In this document: in pieces, positions 38,801 to 64,000 of the stretch
How positions within the stretch are numbered: the first letter of the stretch is position 1
Layout: each line of letters starts with the position of its first letter
DNA from: Gekko japonicus
Lineage: Eukaryota
Reading direction: 5' to 3'
DNA length: 64,000 bases
Assembly (NCBI RefSeq): GCF_001447785.1
Contig: NW_015172015.1
Span: forward strand, 433,418-497,417
The notes under the pieces: generated by a model
Told to the model about the DNA's origin: nothing
Database searches by the model: none
What the model saw: the letters and a program-made list of their open reading frames with translations, nothing else
Position numbers and translations under genes: made by a program

Positions 38801-41800
38801 GGAACAATGTAAGAATCTGATCGGTTTGAATTTTGAGAAAGCAACGACCCAAGCAAAGAATATGCTCACTGATCCATCATTCCTGACATGATCTGCTGCT
38901 TCAATGGGATGATCTAGACTTGGTCTCCCAACATAGACATCTTGGCTGTGTGAAAAGGCAGACAGGAGATGCAGGAGATTTCGCAGATTCACATAGTTGT
39001 CATCATCCATGTGACAAAACCACCTGCAAGAAAAGTAAAAATAAAGCACCAAAAAAAGTCACAAGCTCTCTCTGTTAAGCTATCTTGGAAAAGGATCTTT
39101 ACCTCTCAGAATCAATGCAAAGGGCATATGTGGTTATTAGACTGAGAAGAGACAATGGGAGAATCTCTTCTCAACTCAAGAAAATTAAAACACAAGTCAA
39201 TATCCCTTTGTGGCTCAGCCTTTCAGCCAAATTTGGTCTTCTTTTCCTTTATGCTCACCATCAGTGATTAAAGGAGTTCCTGCTTGGTGTAGTGGTTAAG
39301 TGTGCGGACTCTAAACTGGGAGAACTGGGGTTGATTCCCTACTCCTCCACTTGCGGCTGCTGGATGACCCTGAGCAAACCATAGTTCTGACAAGAGGTGT
39401 CCTTGAAAGAGCAGTTCTCTTAGAGCTCTCTCAGCCCCACCTACCTCACAGGGTGTCTGTTGTGGGGAGGGGAAGGGAAAGGAGTTTGTAAGCTGCTCTG
39501 AGACTCCAAGTGAAGGGCAGGGTATAAATCCAATCTCTTCTTCTTCTACTGGCTCATACTGGAGTCAGAGAAGGTAATATTAAGACAAGCACCAACTGGA
39601 ACAGAACAATGTTCAAATCCAGTGTCACCCTTAAGACCAACCAAATTTTATTCTGGGTATAAGTTTCGTGTGCATGCAGAATAAAACTTCCTTGGTCTTA
39701 AAGGTGCCACTGAACTCAAACTTTGTTCTGCTGCCTCAAAGTCAGACCAACACGGCTACTCACCTGAATCTACCAACTGGAGTAGTGACTCTCACTTACT
39801 TTTGCCCAGATTCAAGAAATTTATCATATTCCACAGACATCTTGCAGCAGAGTGCTTGGCGGGTATGAACAGCTGAGCAGTTGGTGTTGATCATGTGATC
39901 CCCTATAATAGAAAGATAGTTTCATTGGGGAGCCTGCATTATTTGCAAGATAATTCAATCATGAACACTTACTAATAATTAAATTATTACATGCAGGTTA
40001 TGTGTCTTTTAATTGTTGCACTCTTTGTGAACATTTATACACAATATTTATATAAAGAAGCAATTTGATTATTACTTAGTAAGTCTTCACGGTTGTATAT
40101 TTTTGTATTTTTGTGACCTCTTGTTCCATGATTCTCTCGTCGCATTCTTCTGATTTGCAAGAAAAACAGCAAATATAGTGGGAAACTCATGTGAAGAAAA
40201 TAAATCGGATATATTCATGCCACCATGCCACCATCTAGCAACTATAAGACCAGGCCATAAGAACTGCAACCTGAAAATAGGGAATATAATTCCATTGCAC
40301 CCAGTACCAAAAGAGAACAGAACTTTATTTGAACATCAGCAAGGTCTTGTCTGAGCCCTGCTAGACTATAACCAGCCACCACCAGCAACCAACAATACAA
40401 GAGAAAAATGAAACTAAAACAATGGCTTTTACCTTAAGGCATCATGTTAAAATAACTATACCATAGAATAAGGTAATCTTAACAAAGTAATAAGTCTGTT
40501 AAAGTTTATGATGCCACAAAACTCCTTTTTGGCCCCATTGGTGGACCTCCTGATGACACCTGGGATTTGGCCACCATGTGACACAGAGTGTTGGACTGGA
40601 TGGGCCATTGGCCTAATCCAGCACAGCTTCTTTTATGCTGTTATGTTCTTTTTGGCTACAACAGACTAACAAAACTACTCCACTGGATTCTGCAACCAAG
40701 TTTAACTCCGCCTCTTATAGTGAATAACAGATTTTTAATATCAGCTTTCCACAAACTGAAAAAAGAAATTCAGGTATTAGCATCAAGGCTTAATGAAGGA
40801 ATGTGGCATAATCTTCCAAAATGAAGAGAAAACATAATTTTATTTACAATGGGGGTGTGTGTGTAAGGATCTGAAGCAGAGATATCTGGAATGGCTGGAT
40901 TGCCCCTCACAGAAAATAAATGCAAAACCATTTATCATGGAAAGGTAGACACGGCATATTTTAATCCAGGCTCCCCCTTGAAAAAAAACAACCTGCTCAA
41001 TACAAAACAAATGGTGTTCAAGCAGATAAAACCTGTTGAAAGATTCACAACTAAGAATATTAAGAACAGCACTGCTAGTTAAAACCAAAGGTTATTCTGG
41101 CAGGCTTCACCTAGACCAGCAGGTGACTGTAGATTTGGAAGTTACCACAGGAATAATTCATTTCAACTAAAGCAATAATACAGGATTTGTACAGCACATG
41201 CATATTAAAGCATTTCATAAAAGAAATCAGGGGTCTTTTGGTGCCGGAGCGCACTGGAGCACTGCTCCGGCAGCCTGCATGGCGGCAAGCCCTGCCCCCA
41301 GGTTCCCCAAGCCCGCACAGAAGCGCTGCGGCTTGGGGGAGGCCCGGAGAGCCCCGCCCCCGGGTCCCCCGAGCCCGCACGGGAGCGCTGCGGCTGGGGG
41401 AGGCCCAGAGAGCCCCGCCCCCGGGTCTCTCGAGCCCGCGCGTGAGCGCTGCAGCTGGAGGAGGCCCGGAGAGCCCTGCCTCCGGATCTCTCGAGCCAGC
41501 GTGGGAGCGCTGCGGCTGGGGGGGATGCCCAGAGAGCCCCGTTGCCGCACCCCGTCACCGCTTTGGGGACCCTATTTGGGAAGAAAGGCAGCATAGAAAT
41601 GTTTAAAATAAAATACAATGTTTAAAAAGTAAGGTAAAGGTTTCCCTTCCTCAAAAGCCAGTTGAATCTGACTCTAGGGGGCAGTGCTCATCTCCATTTC
41701 CAAGCCAGAGAGCCAGTGCTGTCCTAAGACATTTCCGTGGTCATGTGGCCAGCATGACTAAACGCTGAGGCACATGGAATGCTGTTATCTTCCCACCTAA

Positions 41801-44800
41801 TTGGTACCTATTTATCTACCCTCCTTCTTTCCTGCCTTCTTCTCTTCTTCCCTTCTCTCTTTCTTTACCTCCTACTTTCCTTCTCTTTTTCCCTCTTTCC
41901 TTCTCTCTTTGTATCCCCTCTTTCTTTCCTTCTCTTTCTTGCCCTCTTTCCTTCCTTTCCTTCTCTCTACTCTCTCTCTTTCCTTCCCTCTTTCCTCCTT
42001 CTGTGGCCCAACTCTAGTGAGAAGGGGTTTAAAGTTTAAACCCCCTTCTCTCTTTGCTCCCCCCCAAGGCCAGCTGGGGAAAGGAAGGGGAGGCTTTTGA
42101 AGATGCCTCCCCCCCTTTTGCTTCCCCTTCTCACTTCCGGTGATGTCAGGGAGCGTGGCATATGCTAATAGCCTAGTAGCTCATTAGCATACCATATGCT
42201 AATGAACTCCTGCAGCTCTTTTTCTACGAAAAGACCCCTGAAAAAAAGAAATGCCAAGTGACAGAACAAATAGTTAAAACCTCTGGCACCCCATTTAAAG
42301 GCTGCCATGTAGTAGGGCTCGGGAAAGCCCCTGTCTAACACTTTGACTTACTAGTCAGGGCAGATAATAGAAGGGAGAGTAGATAGTTGGTCTGAATCAG
42401 CCTAAGACAGAGCCTTGTGTTTTGAACCCATCTACCTATAAATACCTGCTATACCTGTCAGAAATGTGGGAACACGCTCACCTGCTCTGTGACGCAGTTC
42501 TGGATCCTCCCAGTCTGTAAATATAAAGGTCTGAGGGAGACAAGAAAAATAAACACTTAATTTTCTGGACAATTTCTGAGTAACACTAGTGGATTGGCTC
42601 CTACCCCTTTTTCACTGGCACTAGAGAGAGGAGCAATCTTGCTTGATTTTCCTCCTTGCTACAGCCCCATCCTATGTAGTATCTTGTCCCACACATGCCC
42701 CACAAGACTTGTGGGAAGTCAGCAGGACCCCTCTTTCTTCTTGCACCTTTGAAAAAACACATGGGACCTAACTCAGTATTGCATTCAATCAGAATACCAC
42801 GGAAGAGGATATCCTTGGTTTCCCGCAGTATTTTTTTAAAAAATTGTATGTGTGTATACGTGCTTGTGAGTCAGGAAGTCATGGAGACTTCTGGTGACCC
42901 CTAGTGGGGCTAGGACATTTCAGAGAGGAAGCTTTGATATTACCTGCCTGTGCTTCCTGGCCCTGGTATTCCTTGGAGGTCACCCTTCCAAGTACTTCCC
43001 AGGGTCAGCCCTGCTTAGCTTCCGAGATCTGACAAGATTGGGCTTGCCTGAGCTATCCAGGTCAGGGCAGTTTCCTGTAGTATTAAGAAAAAAGAGTTAG
43101 AAAGAGAGAGGAAGATGGGTTTCTCTCCTATAGTCAGATCTTTTTACTCGGCACTGAGGCCCAGCACACATTATAGAGGCCTTGTGTCCCCCATGGGTTT
43201 TGTTGATCAGATGTGTGCCTGTAGGTCAGTGCCTGGAACTAATTCCCAGGCACTTGGGGACATCAATCAGATTGGGACTGCATGCCTGGGGACAGGGGGT
43301 ATAAGCCTTCCCCCATGTGATATTTTCATAACCTGAAATAGCTCTGGGAAACTGCTGTTTGCCCCATTGGGGAAGCTTGTCTGTAGCCATCAAGGTAAGT
43401 AAGTTTCCCCAGCAGGACAAATAATAGTTTGCCAGGGCCTTTTCAGGTTAAGAAAATGATGAGTGGGCCTGTGTATCCCTAGGAACTAAGCTCTGAAAAT
43501 GGAACTATAGGCACATGTCTGATCAACAGGAGTCACATGGGGGATACAAGGACTTTATAATGCGTAAATTGGCCAAACAGGTCGAGAGTTAAATGTGGTA
43601 TAATACTGTAAAAAATAACAGAAGCTCAACTCATCTCAACCACTGCTCCCTCTAAGCTGTGGAGTCTTGTGAGCAAAAATTCTACTTTGTGAGCTACTGG
43701 CATTAAAGGTGTGAGCAAGCTACTTGGCTACTGCATAAATTAGTTTGCTCTGGAGCCATCCTTCCTGAGCTAGGACAAAAAATATGTGAGCTGGGGGCTA
43801 AAAAGCTGTGAGCTAGCTCACACTAACTCAGCTTAGAGGGAACACTGATCTCAACGCAGAAAATCACCCACCAAGACAAAGGTCAGGGATTTATTTTCTC
43901 AGAACTCTCTTTTTGTTTAACTTCTGTCTTATGTCCCCAGAATCTGCTTTGTATCAGAGAAAACAGTCAAGCTGATGAGCAGTAGGAAACCCTACCAGCA
44001 GCTGGTACCAGTATCTGGTTTGAGAACTAGACAGCCACCAAAGCTCCTGGGTCGACCTTTAAAAGTCTGTCTGAATTCATAAAGTGATGGAAATGGCTGC
44101 CATTTTCCCCATGCCAGCAGGGGGAAGCTTTCTGGCATTGAGGTAAGCCTTCTGGGGTATCTGATCTGGCACTGTGGGAAGCATAATGATCTGTTGGTAT
44201 GATACAGCAAGGCTCATCTTCTGTTCATTTTGGAGAGACTGCAATCCTGTGCATGCTTATCTGGGCAGAAGTCCCATTGAACTCAATGGAACTAACTATA
44301 CATAGGGCTGGATAGTAAGAGCCTTAAAAGGATATTGTAGCTGATAGAAAAATGTAACTGTTGAATAAATTAATATTTTAACTCTCCAGGAAAAGCACTC
44401 TTACCTGCCCCTGAGCCTGGGAAATCCATGTTTGGAAGAGCAAGTTCAACCTTGTTTTATGGTATTTCCGTGTTGTTTTCACAGCAATAAAGATATCCTT
44501 CAATTCCAACTTTTCCTTAGCAGAGATGTTGTCAGGTCCCACATGATTCACCCTATTGTACCATGGATTACTTGGGCTCTCATTCATCTTGCTGTTAGCT
44601 TTCAGGCTGGATCGCCCAGTGTCTATGACATGAGGGGTCCATTCTTGTATTAGTTCCTCTTTCACAAAGGGTACAATGTTGTTAGTTTCATCATTCAAAT
44701 TATCAACTGAATTTGACTCTGCCTGCTGTGACTGGACCTCACTCTTGTTCGAAGCACTGAAAACTGAAGGTGGATGCGGCTGTGGATAACTTCTAGGTCT

Positions 44801-44902
44801 CCAATTAGCCTGGAATTTGGGGATTAATAAGAGGAGGATTGCGCAAAAGATAACAGAGAGCAGGAAGCAGATCTTACTGAACCAAATGCAGGAACAGCTC
44901 AT
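35835..44902 (-). CDS. RFNG: Beta-1,3-N-acetylglucosaminyltransferase radical fringe, complete, 8 coding exons, 402 aa
   Basis: Exons: 44902-44405, 42530-42482, 39902-39800, 39023-38870, 37439-37354, 37275-37110, 36197-36112, 35901-35835 (1209 nt). N-terminal hydrophobic anchor, [38 protein letters not shown] (DxD), [41 protein letters not shown]. Position beside GPS1 identifies RFNG among the fringe genes. Confidence 0.96.
39283..39548 (+). mobile_element. tRNA-derived squamate SINE (Squam3-like)
   Basis: Highly similar to the copy at 48060. Confidence 0.8.
39600..39775. mobile_element. Penelope-derived fold-back element
   Basis: Inverted arms ttaagaccaa..ttttattctg / cagaataaaa..ttggtcttaa. 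Confidence 0.65.
41289..41540. repeat. GC-rich minisatellite, ~61-bp unit x4
   Basis: Units resembling gccccgcccccgggtcccccgagcccgcacgggagcgctgcggctgggggaggcccagaga start near 41289, 41351, 41412 and 41473. Confidence 0.9.
41630..41820 (-). mobile_element. Sauria SINE fragment nested in a hAT element
   Basis: Near-identical to the copy at 16550. Confidence 0.85.
41820..42002. repeat. Low-complexity polypyrimidine (CT-rich) tract
   Basis: About 180 nt almost entirely C/T. Confidence 0.9.
42850..43070 (-). mobile_element. 5S-rRNA-derived SINE
   Basis: Reverse complement gccctgacctggatagctcaggcaagcccaatcttgtcagatctcggaagctaagcaggg... is the same family as the copy at 60468. Confidence 0.75.
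43641..43847. mobile_element. hAT MITE, 207 bp
   Basis: Imperfect terminal inverted repeats CACTGCTCCCTCTAAGCTG / CAGCTTAGAGGGAACACTG; perfect 8-bp target-site duplication ATCTCAAC at 43633-43640 and 43848-43855. Confidence 0.9.
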
Positions 44903-44946
44903 TCTTCAGCCCAAGGGGCCTTTGCCATGTCGTAAGATTGGGACAT
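44899..44946 (-). promoter_or_regulatory. uORF ([15 protein letters not shown]) in the RFNG 5' leader; its stop overlaps the RFNG ATG (ATGA)
   Basis: Read directly on the minus strand: ATG at 44946, second in-frame ATG at 44928, TGA at 44901-44899; main ATG at 44902-44900. A splice acceptor (ttttctcag) ends at 44970. Confidence 0.6.
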
Positions 44947-46084
44947 ATTTCCAAGTGAAGTAGACGCCTCTGAGAAAAATAGAGATTGATCACAGCTTTG
45001 CACAGTTGTGTGTGTATCAGACAAATCTAACAAATTTCCAGCTATACAGCATCATCTTCATGGCACTCAAACACCACAAAGGCCCACTAAACTTTCAGTT
45101 TCTTTCCCTTGCCTGGCTAATAATAGTACAAGGACTGTTGGTGCCTTTACAGGGCGGGGTCACAGACACAACCTGCAAGCTAATTAATAAATGCATCAAT
45201 TAAAACAAATGCAAGCTTAAAAGTACACATTGACTACACATACTCTGCAAGACTTTGTGCTTGTAATTTAGAATCAGTTGACTCGGTTTCCCATTGTGCC
45301 CAGTATGCTGATATACGTTATAATCTTTTAGACTCAATTTCATTCAATTTCTCAGGCCATTCAGACGCCTTGATGGTGTACCATCTTCTTAACGACTTGT
45401 CACCTGAAATAACTGAAAAAGTAGCCCTATTTTTAAGTTTGGTAATCAAGAACTGATTAAAAATGCTTATATTTAAATTATCCTTGTTACTGCTATATTT
45501 GCTTTCTGTGTGTATGGATAACTTGATATATGCCAATAAAGGCTTTTTGTTGTTGTTGTTGTTGTACACACTGACTAGTAGAGAGATTGAGTTGTTGAAG
45601 AGGTTGGCTGAAAACTAGGCAAATGGCAGCCTTGGGCACCCATACCTTCGATCCTTGTAAACTTGCATGGTCAGGACCCTATTAGCATACCTATTCAGTT
45701 CACAGGCAGCTCAGGCTCAACTAGCTAAGCATGTTTTTTAATGTTATAAAGCTGAACACACTCTAGAATGTTATATACATTAAAAGTGAGCATAAGTTTT
45801 TAAAAGCATCTTTAGCTATACTAAAATAGGAGGGAATGCAACTAAAACAGAGCTCCTTCACTCAAATTCAAGTTATTAAAAAATCTTCCTGTTGCCCTTC
45901 TGTCTCTTGCATGCCAAGTTTAACTTTATTTCAATAATCGCAATCATACATAATTTTAAAGCTGATTGTTTTGTCTAATCCCAAACTCCATCTGCCTAAC
46001 AGCATTGTATTTAAGGCAACAGCATTCATACAAAGAAAGAACTGTGAAAGAACTTTTTTCACTGTATTACTTCACCTGATTTTC

Positions 46085-46420
46085 ACTTTATTTATTTATT
46101 AAAACATTTATATCCCATCTCTCCTCATGGCTCAAGGAAGCTTACAATTATAGCTAAAAACAGTTAAAATCAACTCAGAATAAAATGACAAACCTCAAAT
46201 CCCCCCCCCCCATGCCTACCGTTCAAACCCCTTCAAAAGCCCTGGCAAACAAGCAAGTCTCACCAGGCCTCTGGAAGTTCTTAAAGCCCTCACTTCTTCA
46301 GGGAGCCCATTCCACAGAGCAGGAGCTACAATGGCACACCGAATTCTGTACAACATCAGACTGTCAGTTTCACAGACCAGCCTGGTCAATGCCTGGATGG
46401 AAGTCTGCCCTGGAACTCTA
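46085..46420 (-). mobile_element. L2 LINE 3' end
   Basis: IVAPALWNGLPEEVRA motif, plus a tttatttattt tail with the conserved ggctcaagg segment. Confidence 0.65.
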
Positions 46421-47150
46421 ATCAAGTTGTTTTAAGCTTCCAAACAGAACAGAGGGCCATAAATAAGAGTAACAGAATCAAAGCCAAGTATCTACAATGT
46501 ACCTCCAGTAATCCCAATAACTCCAATGGCAGCTTTCCCCGAAACAGGAGAGAAGATAGCAGAATTGTAGCCTGGCTCAATTTATCTTCAAAGCAACATA
46601 ACAAGCAAAGATGTTGGACATTTGCATAAGCTACCGTACCGTGCCAATAAAATGACGACGACGACAGCATTTTTGTGTGTGTGTATGTTTCCTGGGACAC
46701 TTCAACCCCCACCCACAAGGCCCGTCTAGGGAGACGAGACCAGGAGCTAATGTCTGGGACTCTTCCCAACTGTTTAACCTTCCCAACCCGGTTTGGCATG
46801 ATGACTGCAACCCCGAGCGGTCACCATGGCAACAGGACATGACACACACCTTAACATCCCCCTTCCGCCGCTGGACGAACGCTGCGAGAATTCTGACCAC
46901 CATCTACTTGCCGCATCTCCAAGGAGACTTTCTCTTTCAAGGGGCAGTGAAAGAAGCTAGAGCAGCTGCTGCTCGTCTTGCTTATCAGCTGCTTCGTTTA
47001 GGATCTAGAGCCGGGCAGGAGGGTGCCGCGGCCCCTTTAAAGACTTCACCTGTAGGACGGACGTGATCCAATTAGTTGCGGCAAGCAACCTGGAAGTGGA
47101 AGTTGGTGGGGAGGGTTAGTGACCCGGAAGTGTAAGGTGCGGGGGTCAAT

Positions 47151-62898
<15,748 letters not shown>

Positions 62899-63399
62899 GT
62901 GAGTGCCTATATCTCTGACTCTTGCTGAAAATTTATGGCTCCAGAACTGACTGCTTGACCTGCCTTTTCTCCATGATGCAGTATGCTGCATTGATAAATA
63001 TACACTGTGCAATATAAAAGTAAAGCCTGCATCACATGCCAAAGAAACCTTGAGGCTTTAGATCTGCTGGAGCATCTCCATAGACTGAAGGATTTCTGAT
63101 TTTGAAGGGTAATTGTCTCACCTTCTCCCTTTTGCTGCTGTCTAAAACATTCCTTCCAAGTCCTGCAGAGACGCTCCAGTGAATTCATCTCGGACTCTTG
63201 AAAATCCACTTGTTGCACAGAAACATAATATATTTGGGAATTGATCAGAAATTTGGGAGTATGGCTCAATTCTTTGCTCTCCATGGGCAAACATGTGTCC
63301 TTGATGAAAAAGACTGCATTTTATCATCTACACTAGGCCCGGCAACTGGCTTCCTACCTGTCTCAGGAGGACCTTGCCACAGTAATTCATTCAACAGTC

Positions 63400-63870
63400 A
63401 CCTTGAGACTGGACTACTGTAACACGCTTTATGCAAGGCTACCTTTGAAGGCGCTTTGGAAGCTGCAAGTGGTCCAAAACACAGCTGCCAGATTGCTGAC
63501 AGGAGAGTCCTGGTCAGCGCATATAACACCTATCCTGCGGCAGCTGCACTGGCTCCCAATTAGTTTCCGGTGCCAATTCAAAGTGTTAGTACTTACCTTT
63601 AAAGCCCTAAATGGCCTGGGACCCTCATACCTTCAGGACCGCCTCTCCCAGCGTGATCCTCCCTGTCTTCTCCGATCTTCATTTCAGAATTTATTGAAGG
63701 TTCCTGGTCCATGAACTGCCTGCCTTGTGTCAACAAGGGTGAAGGCCTTCTCAGTAGTGGCCCCTGTCCTGTGGAATCAGCTGCCCGAAGAGGTGTGTGC
63801 CTTGCAGGACCTCCCTAGGTTCCACAGGGCATGGAAGGCTGCTCTTTTTGGGGCATCTTTTGAGTGATTG
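63400..63870 (+). mobile_element. L2 LINE 3' ORF fragment
   Basis: RLDYCNTLYARLP..KLQVVQNTAARLL...HITPILRQLHWLPI..RCQFKVLVLTFKAL. Confidence 0.85.
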
Positions 63871-64000
63871 TGATCCACCAGGTAGCTGGTATGTTTCATC
63901 CACGCATCCTATCCTGCTGGATAGTGGATAGAATTTTTTTAATAACTTTTTAATTGCATTTTATCACCTACATCCTAAAGGGAAGGGGACAGGGGGTAAA

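Larger units (their letters stand above)
41228..42240. mobile_element. Non-autonomous hAT-type DNA transposon with internal cargo
   Basis: Terminal inverted repeats CAGGGGTCTTTT ... AAAAGACCCCTG. AAAGAAAT occurs on both flanks, with four extra A before the right copy. Confidence 0.75.

Noticed and set aside
41289-41540. Repeat array superficially like CRISPR
   Set aside because: Eukaryotic DNA with head-to-tail units, no unique spacers and no cas genes.
41111-42100. Pro/Gly-rich and Leu/Phe-rich ORFs
   Set aside because: Translations of the minisatellite and the CT tract.

Overview
This is vertebrate genomic DNA from a squamate reptile, most likely a gecko, judged from its Sauria, Squam-type and 5S-derived SINEs. 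It has one assembly gap (5751-6545). The gene order matches the human 17q25.3 block: the 3' part of LRRC45 (+), complete RAC3 (+), complete DCXR (-), complete RFNG (-) and the 5' 13 coding exons of GPS1/CSN1 (+). RFNG and GPS1 sit head-to-head. All exons were placed by reading GT-AG boundaries and checking phase. Introns and intergenic DNA hold L2, CR1, L1, RTE and Penelope fragments, hAT MITEs and SINEs. The most notable non-standard items are: (1) an intronless, highly diverged 14-3-3 (gamma/eta-type) pseudogene between DCXR and RFNG; (2) a 179-bp near-perfect palindrome upstream of RAC3 whose three mismatches are all U-G; (3) a family of Penelope-derived termini carrying degenerate minimal hammerhead-ribozyme motifs, two of them as fold-backs; (4) a 15-codon uORF whose stop overlaps the RFNG start (AUGA); (5) probably overlapping convergent RAC3/DCXR 3' UTRs. 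No unambiguous new system is demonstrated; these are leads.
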